A stretch of DNA of 18,084 bases from Gemmatimonadota bacterium (GTDB lineage: Bacteria; Gemmatimonadota; Gemmatimonadetes; Longimicrobiales; Gaopeijiaceae): the NCBI GenBank assembly GCA_039589315.1, contig JBDHHQ010000084.1, forward strand, positions 1 to 18,084, read 5' to 3'. Under the pieces are notes generated by a model that saw only the letters and a program-made list of their open reading frames with translations, was not told where the DNA came from and ran no database searches. The position numbers and the translations under genes are program-made. Numbering within the stretch: the first letter of the stretch is position 1; each line of letters opens with the position of its first letter. This document shows, one piece after another, positions 1 through 8,784 of the stretch.

Positions 1-564
1 GGTCGTGCCCAGGGGCGCCACCGGAAGGCCTGCCCCATCGATCTGGAGCACGGCCACGTCTGTGGTGGCGTCGCTTCCCACGACCAGCGCTTCGAAGTCC
101 CGCCCGTCCGGCAGAGTCACCAGGATGCGCTCCGCGCCCCGGACCACGTGATCGTTGGTGAGGATCGTGCCGGATGGATCGATGAGAAAGCCGGAGCCGA
201 AGCCGGTGGTTGGCCGAGGGTTGTAGAACAGCGACTCCCACGCCGAGCGGAGAAGGGGCGCGCTTCTGGCCGTGGCGACGTGAACGACCGCCGGGGCGAC
301 ACGCTCGGAGGCCTGCACGATGGCCGTGCGCTTCGACGCGACGATCTGGCTGCCCCGCGCCGTGGCGACCTGTTGCCCTGGAGGAGTGGCGGCTCTGAGG
401 GAGGTGGCAGGTCCAGGCGTCACCCGAGCCGGTGTATCCGGATCCGCGGCGGCTGCAGCAGTCCCGTTTCCGTCGACCTGACCGCACGCCAGGCCGACAG
501 ACACGGCGCATACCGCGATCGTGAGGGAGCAGGTCCGCGCCGGGCGCCGGGAGCGAAGCCACAT
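1..564 (-). CDS. HtrA/DegP-family trypsin-like serine protease, N-terminal part (runs off the window)
   Basis: Not in the ORF track; translated by hand from ATG at 564: MWLRSRRPARTCSLTIAVCAVSVGLACGQ...IVQASERVAPAVVHV...GFGSGFLIDPSGTILTNDHVVRGAERILVTLPDGRDFEALVVGSDATTDVAVLQID. GSGF, TNxHVV (catalytic His) and DxAV (catalytic Asp) are HtrA hallmarks. Basic then hydrophobic N-terminus ending LAC, so possibly a lipoprotein. Starts 8 nt after the transaldolase stop. Confidence 0.9.
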   Translation of the reverse strand, partial: MWLRSRRPARTCSLTIAVCAVSVGLACGQVDGNGTAAAAADPDTPARVTPGPATSLRAATPPGQQVATARGSQIVASKRTAIVQASERVAPAVVHVATARSAPLLRSAWESLFYNPRPTTGFGSGFLIDPSGTILTNDHVVRGAERILVTLPDGRDFEALVVGSDATTDVAVLQIDGAGLPVAPLGTT

Positions 565-572
565 GGGCGCCT

Positions 573-1229
573 TCAGAGCTCCTTTCCGAGGGCTTTCCAA
601 TCCGCCAGGAACCGTTCGAGGCCGATATCCGTCAGCGGGTGCTTGACCAGCTGCCAGAGCACCTTCGGAGGGATCGTCGCACAGTGCGCCCCGATAAGCA
701 TGGACTCCACGACGTGCAGAGGGTGGCGGATCGATGCTGCCAGGATCTCGGTCTGGACGTCGTAGTTGTCGTACACCTGCTTGATCTGGGAGACCAGCGC
801 CATGCCCTCTCCGCTGATGTCGTCGATCCGACCGACGAACGGGGAGATGTAGGTGGCGCCCGCCTTGGCGGCGAGCAGAGCCTGGCTGGCCGAGAAGCAG
901 AGCGTCACGTTGACGTGGATGCCACCCTGGCTCAGCTTCCTGCACGCCCGGAGCCCGTCCTCCGTCAGCGGCACCTTCACGACGATGTTGTCGTGGATGG
1001 CCGCCAGGCGCCTCCCCTCCTCGATCATGGTCGGCGCGTCCAGGGCCACGACCTCGGCGCTCACGGGACCGTTCACGGTCTGGGCGATGTCGAGGAATAT
1101 CTCCTGGGGGTCTCGGTCTCCCGCCGCCTTGAGCAGGAGCGACGGGTTCGTGGTCACACCGTCGATGAGTCCGGCATCCGCCGCCCGGCGGATCTCGTTC
1201 ACGTCGGCCGTGTCGAGAAAGATCTTCAT
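573..1229 (-). CDS. tal: Transaldolase of the small Tal/FSA family
   Basis: [22 protein letters not shown] (Schiff-base Lys), [25 protein letters not shown]. Glu in VSAEV and Phe in SPFVGR favour transaldolase over fructose-6-phosphate aldolase activity. ATG at 1229 lies directly after the truA stop. Confidence 0.9.
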   Translation of the reverse strand: MKIFLDTADVNEIRRAADAGLIDGVTTNPSLLLKAAGDRDPQEIFLDIAQTVNGPVSAEVVALDAPTMIEEGRRLAAIHDNIVVKVPLTEDGLRACRKLSQGGIHVNVTLCFSASQALLAAKAGATYISPFVGRIDDISGEGMALVSQIKQVYDNYDVQTEILAASIRHPLHVVESMLIGAHCATIPPKVLWQLVKHPLTDIGLERFLADWKALGKEL

Positions 1230-1230
1230 G

Positions 1231-2106
1231 TCAGATGGGGTCTCCCTGACGCGTCCCGGCGGCACGCGTCGGTTCTGGGTCTCGTGCTGACTGCGACTTC
1301 GGATGTGGGTCCCTCGCCACGGGGTCGGAAGCCGGCCCGTCGGCCGTCTCCGGGTACTCGACCCGCGTGAGGAACAGACCCTCCGGCGGCGCGGGGGGTG
1401 ACGTCTCCGACTCGGCTTCGCCTTCCAGCAGCGCGCTCATGTCGGCGATCGGCCGACGTCCCCGCGCGATGTCCACCATGGTGCCGACGAGGTACCGCAC
1501 CATGTGGTGCAGGTAGCGATCGGCCGTGATCGTGAAGACGTGACCGAGCGGAGCCCAGGGAGCCCAGCAGGCCGATCGCACGGTACAACGATCCCCCCGT
1601 CCGGGCTGCCCTGCTTTGGCGAAGGCACGGAACGAGTGCTCTCCGGCCAGGGGCTCGGCGGCCGCCTCCAACAACCCCGGCTCCACCGGCTTGCACAGCG
1701 CCCAACACCAGCCTCGGTGGAACGGCGACCGACTCTCCGGCTCGGTCCCCAGGTGATAGGCATAGGTTCGAGCTACGGCCTCGTACCTGGGGTGGAATCC
1801 ACCGGAAGCGCGCTGGACTTCCGCCACCCAGATGTCCTCGGGGAGCACGGCGTTCAAGGCTCGGTGGAGCTCCCGAGCCGACCAGCGAGCCGGCACGTCC
1901 ACGGAGGCTACCTGGCCCGTGGCATGGACACCCGTGTCGGTGCGCCCGGACCCGAGCACGGCACGGCGAGTCCCGGTGAGTCGCTCGAGGGCGGATTCGA
2001 GTGCGCCCTGGACCGTTCGTTCCTCTCTCTGGACTTGCCAACCGTGGAAGCCGGACCCGTCGTATTGAAGCGTGAGTCGAAGGCGGATTCGATCCCCGGA
2101 ATTCAC
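1231..2106 (-). CDS. truA: tRNA pseudouridine(38-40) synthase TruA
   Basis: [31 protein letters not shown] (catalytic Asp), [36 protein letters not shown] start. Confidence 0.96.
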   Translation of the reverse strand: MNSGDRIRLRLTLQYDGSGFHGWQVQREERTVQGALESALERLTGTRRAVLGSGRTDTGVHATGQVASVDVPARWSARELHRALNAVLPEDIWVAEVQRASGGFHPRYEAVARTYAYHLGTEPESRSPFHRGWCWALCKPVEPGLLEAAAEPLAGEHSFRAFAKAGQPGRGDRCTVRSACWAPWAPLGHVFTITADRYLHHMVRYLVGTMVDIARGRRPIADMSALLEGEAESETSPPAPPEGLFLTRVEYPETADGPASDPVARDPHPKSQSARDPEPTRAAGTRQGDPI

Positions 2107-2112
2107 GCGGCA

Positions 2113-2118
2113 AACCTA
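2113..2118 (-). promoter_or_regulatory. Putative -10 element (TAGGTT) of a leaderless truA transcript
   Basis: Minus strand reads TAGGTT-tgccgc-GTG: a TAnnnT hexamer 6 nt before the start codon, with no Shine-Dalgarno sequence. Confidence 0.5.
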
Positions 2119-2155
2119 TCGAAGCGCCAGGGAGAAGTACAGTGGCCCGGAGCCC

Positions 2156-2185
2156 TTGGCCAAGCCGCCCCAGGGCCCGTAGGAT
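2156..2185 (+). promoter_or_regulatory. Putative sigma70-type promoter for trpD
   Basis: TTGGCC (2156-2161), 18-nt spacer, TAGGAT (2180-2185), about 60 nt upstream of the trpD ATG. Confidence 0.35.
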
Positions 2186-2247
2186 TCAGGCGTCTCGTCG
2201 CGCACCGTGCCCCGCATGGACGACCCGCTCCGCCCCCTCGGCCAACC

Positions 2248-3303
2248 ATGACAACTCCCGAAGACGAACCCGCTACCGGCACCGACCTCACTGCCCTCAT
2301 CGCCAAGGTCGCAGCCCGCGAATCTCTCTCGGCCGCGGAGGCCGAGGTGGCGTTCGATCGCTTCATGAGCGGCACGGCCACGCCGGTTCAGATGGCTGCG
2401 CTGCTCATGGGCCTCCGCACCAAGGGACACACCTCGGCCGAGGTCGCCGGCGGCGTCCGTGCGCTGCGCCGCGCGATGGTGTCTGTAGACGCTGGGGATC
2501 CCGCAGAGATCACCGACACCTGCGGCACGGGCGGCGGTACATTGACCACGTTCAACATCTCCACGGCGGCCGCTTTCGTGGCTGCCGGCGCCGGCGCTCG
2601 CATCGCCAAGCACGGCAACCGCTCCTTCACGTCACGCAGCGGAAGCGCCGACGTGCTCGAGGCGCTGGGTGTCACGATCGAGCTGCCGCCGGCTGCCATC
2701 GAGCGCGTCGCCCGCACCGTCGGCATCGTGTTCCTGTACGCCCCCGCGCACCACCCCGCCATGCGGCACGTGGGCCCTGTCCGTCGGGAGCTGGGCATTC
2801 CCACGATCATGAATCTGCTGGGCCCCCTGGCGAACCCGGCAGGGGCCCGGCGGCAGATGGTAGGGGTGTCGGACCCGGCGCTCCTGTCCCTGGTGGCGCA
2901 CGCACTGTTGGAATTGGGCCACCTCCGGGCATTGGTGGTCTACGGCGAGGCCGGTATGGACGAGCTCAGCCCACTGGGACCGTCCCGCGTGGCGGAGCTC
3001 GACGGGGGTGAGATCCGGGAGCTCACCGTCACACCCGAATCCCTGGGGCTGCAGACTCAGCCGGCCGAGGGTCTCGCGGGCGGTGAACCGGACGAGAATG
3101 CCCGTCGCATCATGAGCGTGCTGACGGGTGCCGATCAGGGTGCGGCCCGAGCCGCCACGCTTCTGAATGCCGGTGGAGCCCTTTACGTCGCGGGAAGAGC
3201 CGCTTCGCTCCAAGCGGGGGTCACGCTGGCCACGGCGTCGTTGGACTCCGGAGCCGCCCTCGAGAAGTTGGAAGCCCTCAAAGCCGGCACGGCCGGGGGG
3301 TAA
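2248..3303 (+). CDS. trpD: Anthranilate phosphoribosyltransferase
   Basis: DTCGTGGG, TFNIST, AKHGNRSFTSRSGSADVLEALG, HHPAMRHVGPVRRELG, NLLGPLANP, GMDE. The likely start is ATG 2248; the track's extension to 1504 overlaps truA antisense. Confidence 0.96.
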   Translation: MTTPEDEPATGTDLTALIAKVAARESLSAAEAEVAFDRFMSGTATPVQMAALLMGLRTKGHTSAEVAGGVRALRRAMVSVDAGDPAEITDTCGTGGGTLTTFNISTAAAFVAAGAGARIAKHGNRSFTSRSGSADVLEALGVTIELPPAAIERVARTVGIVFLYAPAHHPAMRHVGPVRRELGIPTIMNLLGPLANPAGARRQMVGVSDPALLSLVAHALLELGHLRALVVYGEAGMDELSPLGPSRVAELDGGEIRELTVTPESLGLQTQPAEGLAGGEPDENARRIMSVLTGADQGAARAATLLNAGGALYVAGRAASLQAGVTLATASLDSGAALEKLEALKAGTAGG

Positions 3304-3322
3304 GGGGATCTGGCCCCCCGGC
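3292..3322. terminator. GC-rich hairpin between the convergent trpD and small ORF; possible bidirectional terminator
   Basis: GCCGGGGGG (3292-3300) pairs perfectly with CCCCCCGGC (3314-3322). The 13-nt loop contains the trpD stop. No U-tract. Confidence 0.4.
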
Positions 3323-3324
3323 GG

Positions 3325-3465
3325 CTACGCCGTCGCCGAGCGGGGACGGGCCAGCAGAGCGCTGAGGGCCCGTACCGGCGCGCACGGAGTGCGGGTGGCG
3401 GATGACAACATCACGATCCTCGCACTGCTGCGATTGAGCCTGCCGACCACAAACGTCTTCCTCAT
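3325..3465 (-). CDS. Small hypothetical protein (46 aa) downstream of lexA
   Basis: Minus strand GGGAGG-cgaag-ATG. Translation MRKTFVVGRLNRSSARIVMLSSATRTPCAPVRALSALLARPRSATA*. Fills the lexA-trpD gap without overlapping either gene; too short for the ORF track. Confidence 0.6.
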   Translation of the reverse strand: MRKTFVVGRLNRSSARIVMLSSATRTPCAPVRALSALLARPRSATA

Positions 3466-3555
3466 CTTCGCCTCCCTGACCCGGGGGGGTACGTGCCCCT
3501 GGCAGCCGCCGGACCGGCGGGCGCCGCGGGCGAGCTTGGTGGAAAGGGTGGAGTC

Positions 3556-4164
3556 CTAGTACTTGCGGATCACGCCCACGACGACCCCTTGGACGGTGAG
3601 GTCGTTCGCGTCCACGAACATTGGCTCCATGGCGGAATTGGCGGGCTGAAGCCGGACCCGGTTGTCCCGCTCCCTGTAGAGCTTCTTCACGGTAGCCGAT
3701 TCGCCCCCGACCAGGGCGATGACCGTCTCGCCGTTCTCGGCCGTGTTCTTGGCGTTCACCACGATGTAGTCGCCGTCGCGGATCTGCTCGTCGATCATGG
3801 AGTTGCCTTCCACGCGGAGCACGTAGTTCTTGTGCCCGGGGCGCACCATGTCGGGGGGGACCGCGAGGGTTTCCGCGGACGCGATCGCTTCGATGGGGAG
3901 ACCCGCGGCCACCGCTCCCAGAAGGGGGAGGTCGACGGCCTGGGCGCCGGTTTCGTCGGGCACGACCTCGATGGAGCGGCTCTCGTTGTAGGACTTCCGG
4001 ATATAGCCCTTGCGCTCCAGATTGCTGAGATGCTCGTGCACCGTGGCCAGGGACGAGTACCCGAACGACTCGGCGATCTCTTCGAAGCTGGGCGCGTACC
4101 CTCGCTCCTCGATGAACGCCTGAATGTAGTCGAGGATCTCTTTCTGACGCTTGGTCAGGGGCAT
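3556..4164 (-). CDS. lexA: SOS repressor LexA
   Basis: MPLTKRQKEILDYI, PSFEEIA, SSLATVHEHLSNLERKGYI (winged HTH), VAAGLP (Ala-Gly cleavage site), GNSM (Ser), ATVKK (Lys). RBS GAGGAG 7 nt before ATG 4164. Confidence 0.97.
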   Translation of the reverse strand: MPLTKRQKEILDYIQAFIEERGYAPSFEEIAESFGYSSLATVHEHLSNLERKGYIRKSYNESRSIEVVPDETGAQAVDLPLLGAVAAGLPIEAIASAETLAVPPDMVRPGHKNYVLRVEGNSMIDEQIRDGDYIVVNAKNTAENGETVIALVGGESATVKKLYRERDNRVRLQPANSAMEPMFVDANDLTVQGVVVGVIRKY

Positions 4165-4188
4165 TTCATCGCTCCTCATCCGGTGAAA

Positions 4189-4231
4189 CCGAACAGGTAC
4201 CGAATGAACGATACCCGAACGTTGCCCGAAA
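4189..4231 (-). promoter_or_regulatory. Candidate LexA operators: tandem GAAC-N7-GAAC-type direct repeats
   Basis: Plus strand: GAAC(4191)-N7-GAAT(4202) and GAAC(4206)-N7-GAAC(4217)-N7-GAAA(4228). Equivalently, two copies of CCGAAC-N5-CCGAA. Confidence 0.7.
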
Positions 4232-4236
4232 CGCAA
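4208..4236 (-). promoter_or_regulatory. Putative sigma70 promoter of lexA
   Basis: Minus strand TTGCGT (4236-4231), 17-nt spacer, TATCGT (4213-4208); overlapped by the direct repeats. Confidence 0.6.
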
Positions 4237-4328
4237 GCGTCGCGACGCGGGGGCCCGGGCATCGATCCGTCAGGCACGGATTGCGGTACGTGCACGTGAG
4301 GCGTTCGAGGGGACGGGGAGCGCCGGCC

Positions 4329-5123
4329 GTGCACATCCTGGACCGGATCGTTCGGACCAAGCGGGCCGAGGTGGCCGCCCTCGGACGGGATGGAGACGCG
4401 CTGGTCGAGGAGGCTCGGATGGCCCCGCCAGCCCGGGACTTCGCCGGGGCGCTGGCACGCCCCGACTCCGTCGCGGTCATCGCCGAGGTGAAGAGAAGGT
4501 CGCCGGGTGCCGGGGCGATCCGGCTGGAGCTCGACCCCGTCCTTCAGGCACGAGGATACGAGTCCGGGGCCGCGTCGGCCGTGAGCGTCCTCACCGACGA
4601 ACAGTATTTCTCCGGTAGCCTGGACGACCTGCGCGATACGCGACGCGCGGTCGAGCTTCCCGTGCTCCGCAAGGACTTCGTGCTCGACCCGCTTCAGCTG
4701 TGGCAAGCCCGGGCAGCCGGCGCCGATGCCGTCCTGCTCATCGTTCGCATTCTCGCCGACGACGAGCTGTCGAGCCTTCAGGCCCTGGCCGGGGAGCTCG
4801 GCATGGCGGCCCTCGTCGAAGTGCACGACGGGGGGGAGCTGGAGAGGGCGCTTGCTGCCGAGGCCCGGATCGTGGGCATCAACAACCGGGACCTGAGCAC
4901 CTTCGAGACGAGCTTGGACGTGACACTGGGTCTCCTGGACCGGGTGCCGGACGATGTCTTGCTCGTGTCCGAGAGCGGGATCGGCGGACCGGCCGACGTC
5001 GACCGCCTCGGTGCCGCCGGGGTGGACGCGGTGCTGGTCGGAGAATGGCTGGTCCGGCAGCCCGATCCGGGGGAAGCGGCGGCCGCGCTGGCGGGGCGGT
5101 CCCGGACGGCCCGCCGTCGATGA
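4329..5123 (+). CDS. trpC: Indole-3-glycerol phosphate synthase
   Basis: ILDRIV, VIAEVKRRSP, SVLTDEQYFSGS, PVLRKDF, GADAVLLI, LVEVH, GINNRDL, VSESGI, LVGE. GTG 4329 chosen because GGAG lies 8 nt upstream. Confidence 0.95.
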   Translation: MHILDRIVRTKRAEVAALGRDGDALVEEARMAPPARDFAGALARPDSVAVIAEVKRRSPGAGAIRLELDPVLQARGYESGAASAVSVLTDEQYFSGSLDDLRDTRRAVELPVLRKDFVLDPLQLWQARAAGADAVLLIVRILADDELSSLQALAGELGMAALVEVHDGGELERALAAEARIVGINNRDLSTFETSLDVTLGLLDRVPDDVLLVSESGIGGPADVDRLGAAGVDAVLVGEWLVRQPDPGEAAAALAGRSRTARRR

Positions 5124-5791
5124 CGGACGTCAAGATCTGTGGGATCACGTGCCGTGAGGATGCGGAGGTGGCGGCTCGGGCCGGCGCCCGTTACATCGGG
5201 GCGGTCATGTATGCGGCCTCGGCCCGCAACGTGGACCCACAGCGCGCCCGGGCGTTTTCGGCGGGCCTGGCCCCGGAGCTGGTGTTGGTCGTTGCAGACG
5301 AGTCGCCGGAGACGGTGGCGGATTGGGCTCGCCGGGCCGGGGCCGCGGTGGTTCAGCTGCACGGTGACGAGTCACCCCAGACGGCGGAGGCCGTGGCCGA
5401 CGCCGGCCCCTGGGCCGTGTGGAAAGGGGTGAGGGCTCGCACCCCGGAGCAGGTACGGGCGGCCGTCCGCCGCTTCGACTCGGTGGAGGCGATCCTGGTG
5501 GACGGCTGGCACCCGGAGCGGATCGGGGGTACGGGGGTGCGGGTGGGCTGGCGTGACTTGACCGACCTGAGCGCTGTCATGAGGGAAGGGCAGCGCCTCG
5601 TGGCCGCGGGCGGGTTGACCCCGGAAAACGTGGCCCAGGTCGTGAGGATCGCCCGGCCCGACGTCGTGGACGTCAGCTCGGGTGTGGAGCGGTCTCCAGG
5701 GCGCAAGGACCCTGAGCGGATCCGGGCGTTCATCCGGGCCGTCACGGGCCTGAATAGAATCACGGGGCCTGCCGATAACCATGACAGGTAG
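5120..5791 (+). CDS. trpF: Phosphoribosylanthranilate isomerase
   Basis: VKICGIT, VQLHGDES, GGTG, AGGLTPENV, VDVSSGVE, GRKD. ATGA overlap with the trpC stop. Confidence 0.95.
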   Translation: MTDVKICGITCREDAEVAARAGARYIGAVMYAASARNVDPQRARAFSAGLAPELVLVVADESPETVADWARRAGAAVVQLHGDESPQTAEAVADAGPWAVWKGVRARTPEQVRAAVRRFDSVEAILVDGWHPERIGGTGVRVGWRDLTDLSAVMREGQRLVAAGGLTPENVAQVVRIARPDVVDVSSGVERSPGRKDPERIRAFIRAVTGLNRITGPADNHDR

Positions 5792-5815
5792 GGAGCAGCC
5801 GGAGGGGGATCCTCG

Positions 5816-7027
5816 ATGACGTTGTTGACGACGTCGGGCATCGGCCGGTTCGGTGTCTTCGGGGGGCGGTACGTTCCCGAGACCCTGATCTCCGCGCTGG
5901 ACGAGCTCGATGCAGCGTACCGGGATGCCTTGAAGGACCCCGCGTTCCACGAGGAGCTCGGCGCGCTCCTCGCCGATTATGTCGGTCGGCCATCACCGCT
6001 GTACCGTGCCCACCGACTCGAGCGTGAGGTGGGAGCGCGCCAGCTCTACCTCAAACGAGAGGATCTGAACCACACCGGTGCCCACAAGATCAACAACACC
6101 CTGGGCCAGGCGCTGCTGGCACGCCGCATGGGCAAGAGACGTGTCATCGCCGAGACCGGGGCCGGACAGCACGGTGTCGCCACGGCCACGGCCTGCGCCC
6201 TCTTCGACCTGGACTGCGTCGTCTACATGGGCGCCGAGGACGTCGAGCGCCAGGCCCTCAACGTATACCGGATGGAGCTGCTGGGAGCCGAGGTCCGGCA
6301 GGTCGAGGCGGGGACGCAGACCCTCAAGGACGCCACCAACGAAGCGCTCCGCGACTGGGTCACGAGCGTCGAGGACACCCACTACATCATCGGCTCGGTG
6401 GTCGGGCCGGCCCCCTTTCCCGAGATCGTGCGGGACTTTCAGGCCGTGATCGGGAAGGAGACCCGGGAACAGATCCTGGCTGCGACGGGACGGCTGCCGC
6501 ATGTGGTCATCGCCTGCGTCGGAGGCGGCTCCAACGCTCTGGGCATCTTCCATGCCTTCGAGGGCGACGCCCGGGTCGAGTTGGTGGGTGTCGAGGCCGC
6601 AGGCGAAGGCATCAGCTCGGGCCGACACTCGGCCTCACTCACCGCCGGACGTCCGGGTGTCCTTCACGGATCCTTGAGCTATCTTCTTCAGGACGCCGAC
6701 GGCCAAGTGGCCCCTGCCCACTCGATCTCGGCCGGACTCGACTACCCGGGCGTGGGGCCTGAGCACTCGTATCTCAAGGACACTGGACGCGCCCGCTACG
6801 TGTCGGTCACGGATTCGCAGGCCCTGGACGCATTCCATGCCCTCTCCCGACTCGAGGGCATCATCCCGGCCCTGGAGTCCGCCCACGCCGTGGCCCACCT
6901 GCGCGTGGAGCGGTCCGCTTACGCCGACCGGGGACCCGTCGTTATCTGTCTGAGCGGCCGCGGGGACAAGGACGTCGCTCATGTGGCCCGCTTCGAGGAG
7001 CGGGACCCGCCGGCCGAGGGACCGTGA
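5816..7027 (+). CDS. trpB: Tryptophan synthase beta subunit
   Basis: [31 protein letters not shown] (PLP Lys), [40 protein letters not shown]. Confidence 0.98.
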   Translation: MTLLTTSGIGRFGVFGGRYVPETLISALDELDAAYRDALKDPAFHEELGALLADYVGRPSPLYRAHRLEREVGARQLYLKREDLNHTGAHKINNTLGQALLARRMGKRRVIAETGAGQHGVATATACALFDLDCVVYMGAEDVERQALNVYRMELLGAEVRQVEAGTQTLKDATNEALRDWVTSVEDTHYIIGSVVGPAPFPEIVRDFQAVIGKETREQILAATGRLPHVVIACVGGGSNALGIFHAFEGDARVELVGVEAAGEGISSGRHSASLTAGRPGVLHGSLSYLLQDADGQVAPAHSISAGLDYPGVGPEHSYLKDTGRARYVSVTDSQALDAFHALSRLEGIIPALESAHAVAHLRVERSAYADRGPVVICLSGRGDKDVAHVARFEERDPPAEGP

Positions 7028-8781
7028 GCGACCCCGCCGACGCCTCGGGCGTGGCCCCCGCGGGAGCCATCGACTGGGAGGACCCCTCGACCCTTCCGCT
7101 CGACGAGGTGCGCGACCTCTTCCAGACCCTGGCGAAGGCGCTCCGCGCGTATCAGCTCTACGACGAAAACAACCCCGTGTACAAGCGCTTCGTGGGGAAC
7201 CTGCGGGAGTCGTTCCAGGGTCTCTGGGGCGAGGTCGGGCGGCTCCCGGTCCAGGTCGAGGAGGACCGCATCACCTGGCTCCGGGAAGAGGTCTACCGGT
7301 CCGAGAGCCGCGCCGATTCGCTGGCCTTCCTCTTCTACAAGGACGGCATTCGGGAATTCACGTTTCTCCCCGGCATCGAAGATGTCGAGCTCGAACCGCT
7401 CCTGAGCGTCCTCCAGCGGGCGCGCAACCTTCGTCCCGAGAGCGACGACCTGCTCACGATCCTCTGGGAGGCGGACCTCTCGCGCTTCCAGTACCACTAC
7501 GTAGATGTTCTGGCTGAGGGGATCGATAGCCCTATCCTGGAAGGAGATACGCAGCCTAATCTCAGGTTGATTCTCACAGGTGAGCTGAGTCTCGACGACA
7601 TCCCAGAGGCAGACGAAGCCGCGGCCCAGGTCGCCGGTGCCGAACAGGCCGCGCCCCTCCGGCCGAAGGTGAGCGCCGACGACCTGAACCCGACGCTCTA
7701 CTCCCTCAACGCGCGGGAGATGGAGCAGCTCCGCAAGGAGCTGGATCGGGAGATGGCCCGGGACCTGAGGGGGGACGTGCTAGCGGCGCTCTTCGATCGG
7801 CTCGAGGAGCCGGGGAACCCGGGTCGCCAGACGCAGATCCTGGCCATTCTCAGGACGCTGCTTCCCAACTTCCTCAGTCGTGGCGAGATCACGGCCGCCG
7901 CCACCGTGCTCGAGGAAGTGGGGGCCCTGATCCGGGACGAGCGACGCTTCGACGGCGCACGGCGAGCCCAAGCCGGGGCCATGGTCGAGGAGATCAGCGG
8001 CGCCGACTCGATCGAGGAGCTGATCCGGGCACTTCAGGATGGCTCGATCCGGCCGGCTCCCCGGGAGCTCAGCGACTTCCTGCGCCACCTGGGCGCCGGC
8101 GCGCTGGAGCCCCTGATCCGGGCCGCGGAGGAGACCGAGGAAAAGGAGCTCCGCCCCGTGCTGCGGGAGGCCTGTCGCGGAATCGCGGCGCAGAACCGCG
8201 TTGCCCTTCTCGCGCTCCTGGAGTCCGACGAGCCGGCCGTCGTCGCGGGCGCGACCCGAGTCGCCGGCCGGATCCAGCTCACCGAGGCCGGGACGAAGCT
8301 GTCTGAGCTCCTCAGCCACGAGGACGAGCGGGTCCAGCTCGCGGCTATCGAGGCGGCCGTCAACCTGAAGGCGTCCACCGCCGCAGGAGCGCTGGAGGCC
8401 GCGTTGCAGCACTCCGATCGGAGCATCCGCATGGCTTCGGCGAGAGGCCTCGCACACCTCCGGTACAAGCCCGCCGAGAGGACTCTGAGGCAAGTGATCA
8501 CCTCGAAGCAGGTTCGCCAGGCCGACCTGTCGGAGAAGATCGCGTTCTTCGAGGCGTTCGGTCTCCTGGCGGGCGCCGGTGGCGTCTCCGTGCTCGACCG
8601 GATGCTGAACAGCCGGGGCTTCCTCGGCCGTCGGGAGTCCCCGGACGTGCGGGCCTGTGCGGCCCTCGCCCTGGGCAAGATCCGGACGGCTGCCGCGAGA
8701 AAGGCGCTGGAAACCGCCGCCAAGGAGGACGACCCCGTCGTTCGCAGCGCCGTGAACCGGGCTCTCCGGGGAGAGGACTAG
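7024..8781 (+). CDS. HEAT-repeat protein with an uncharacterised N-terminal domain
   Basis: 585 aa, high GC3, GTGA overlap with the trpB stop. C-terminal HEAT-like repeats: [56 protein letters not shown]. Confidence 0.85.
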   Translation: MSDPADASGVAPAGAIDWEDPSTLPLDEVRDLFQTLAKALRAYQLYDENNPVYKRFVGNLRESFQGLWGEVGRLPVQVEEDRITWLREEVYRSESRADSLAFLFYKDGIREFTFLPGIEDVELEPLLSVLQRARNLRPESDDLLTILWEADLSRFQYHYVDVLAEGIDSPILEGDTQPNLRLILTGELSLDDIPEADEAAAQVAGAEQAAPLRPKVSADDLNPTLYSLNAREMEQLRKELDREMARDLRGDVLAALFDRLEEPGNPGRQTQILAILRTLLPNFLSRGEITAAATVLEEVGALIRDERRFDGARRAQAGAMVEEISGADSIEELIRALQDGSIRPAPRELSDFLRHLGAGALEPLIRAAEETEEKELRPVLREACRGIAAQNRVALLALLESDEPAVVAGATRVAGRIQLTEAGTKLSELLSHEDERVQLAAIEAAVNLKASTAAGALEAALQHSDRSIRMASARGLAHLRYKPAERTLRQVITSKQVRQADLSEKIAFFEAFGLLAGAGGVSVLDRMLNSRGFLGRRESPDVRACAALALGKIRTAAARKALETAAKEDDPVVRSAVNRALRGED

Positions 8782-8784
8782 ACC

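Noticed and set aside
148..765. Plus-strand 205-aa ORF
   Set aside because: Antisense to the HtrA protease and transaldolase, both of which carry clear motifs.
1504..2247. N-terminal extension making TrpD look like a 599-aa fusion
   Set aside because: Overlaps truA on the opposite strand; TrpD similarity starts only after ATG 2248.
4181..4196. E. coli-type SOS box look-alike CGGT-N8-ACAG
   Set aside because: Mismatch in the conserved CTG and only one copy; the repeated GAAC-N7-GAAC pattern explains the region better.
4237..4328. trp attenuator or T-box leader upstream of trpC (also checked upstream of trpD)
   Set aside because: No leader peptide with tandem Trp codons, no U-tailed terminator and no T-box motif seen.
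4700..5119. Apparent TrpF extension or TrpC-TrpF fusion
   Set aside because: Different frame from trpC; a normal ATGA stop/start overlap sits at 5120-5123.
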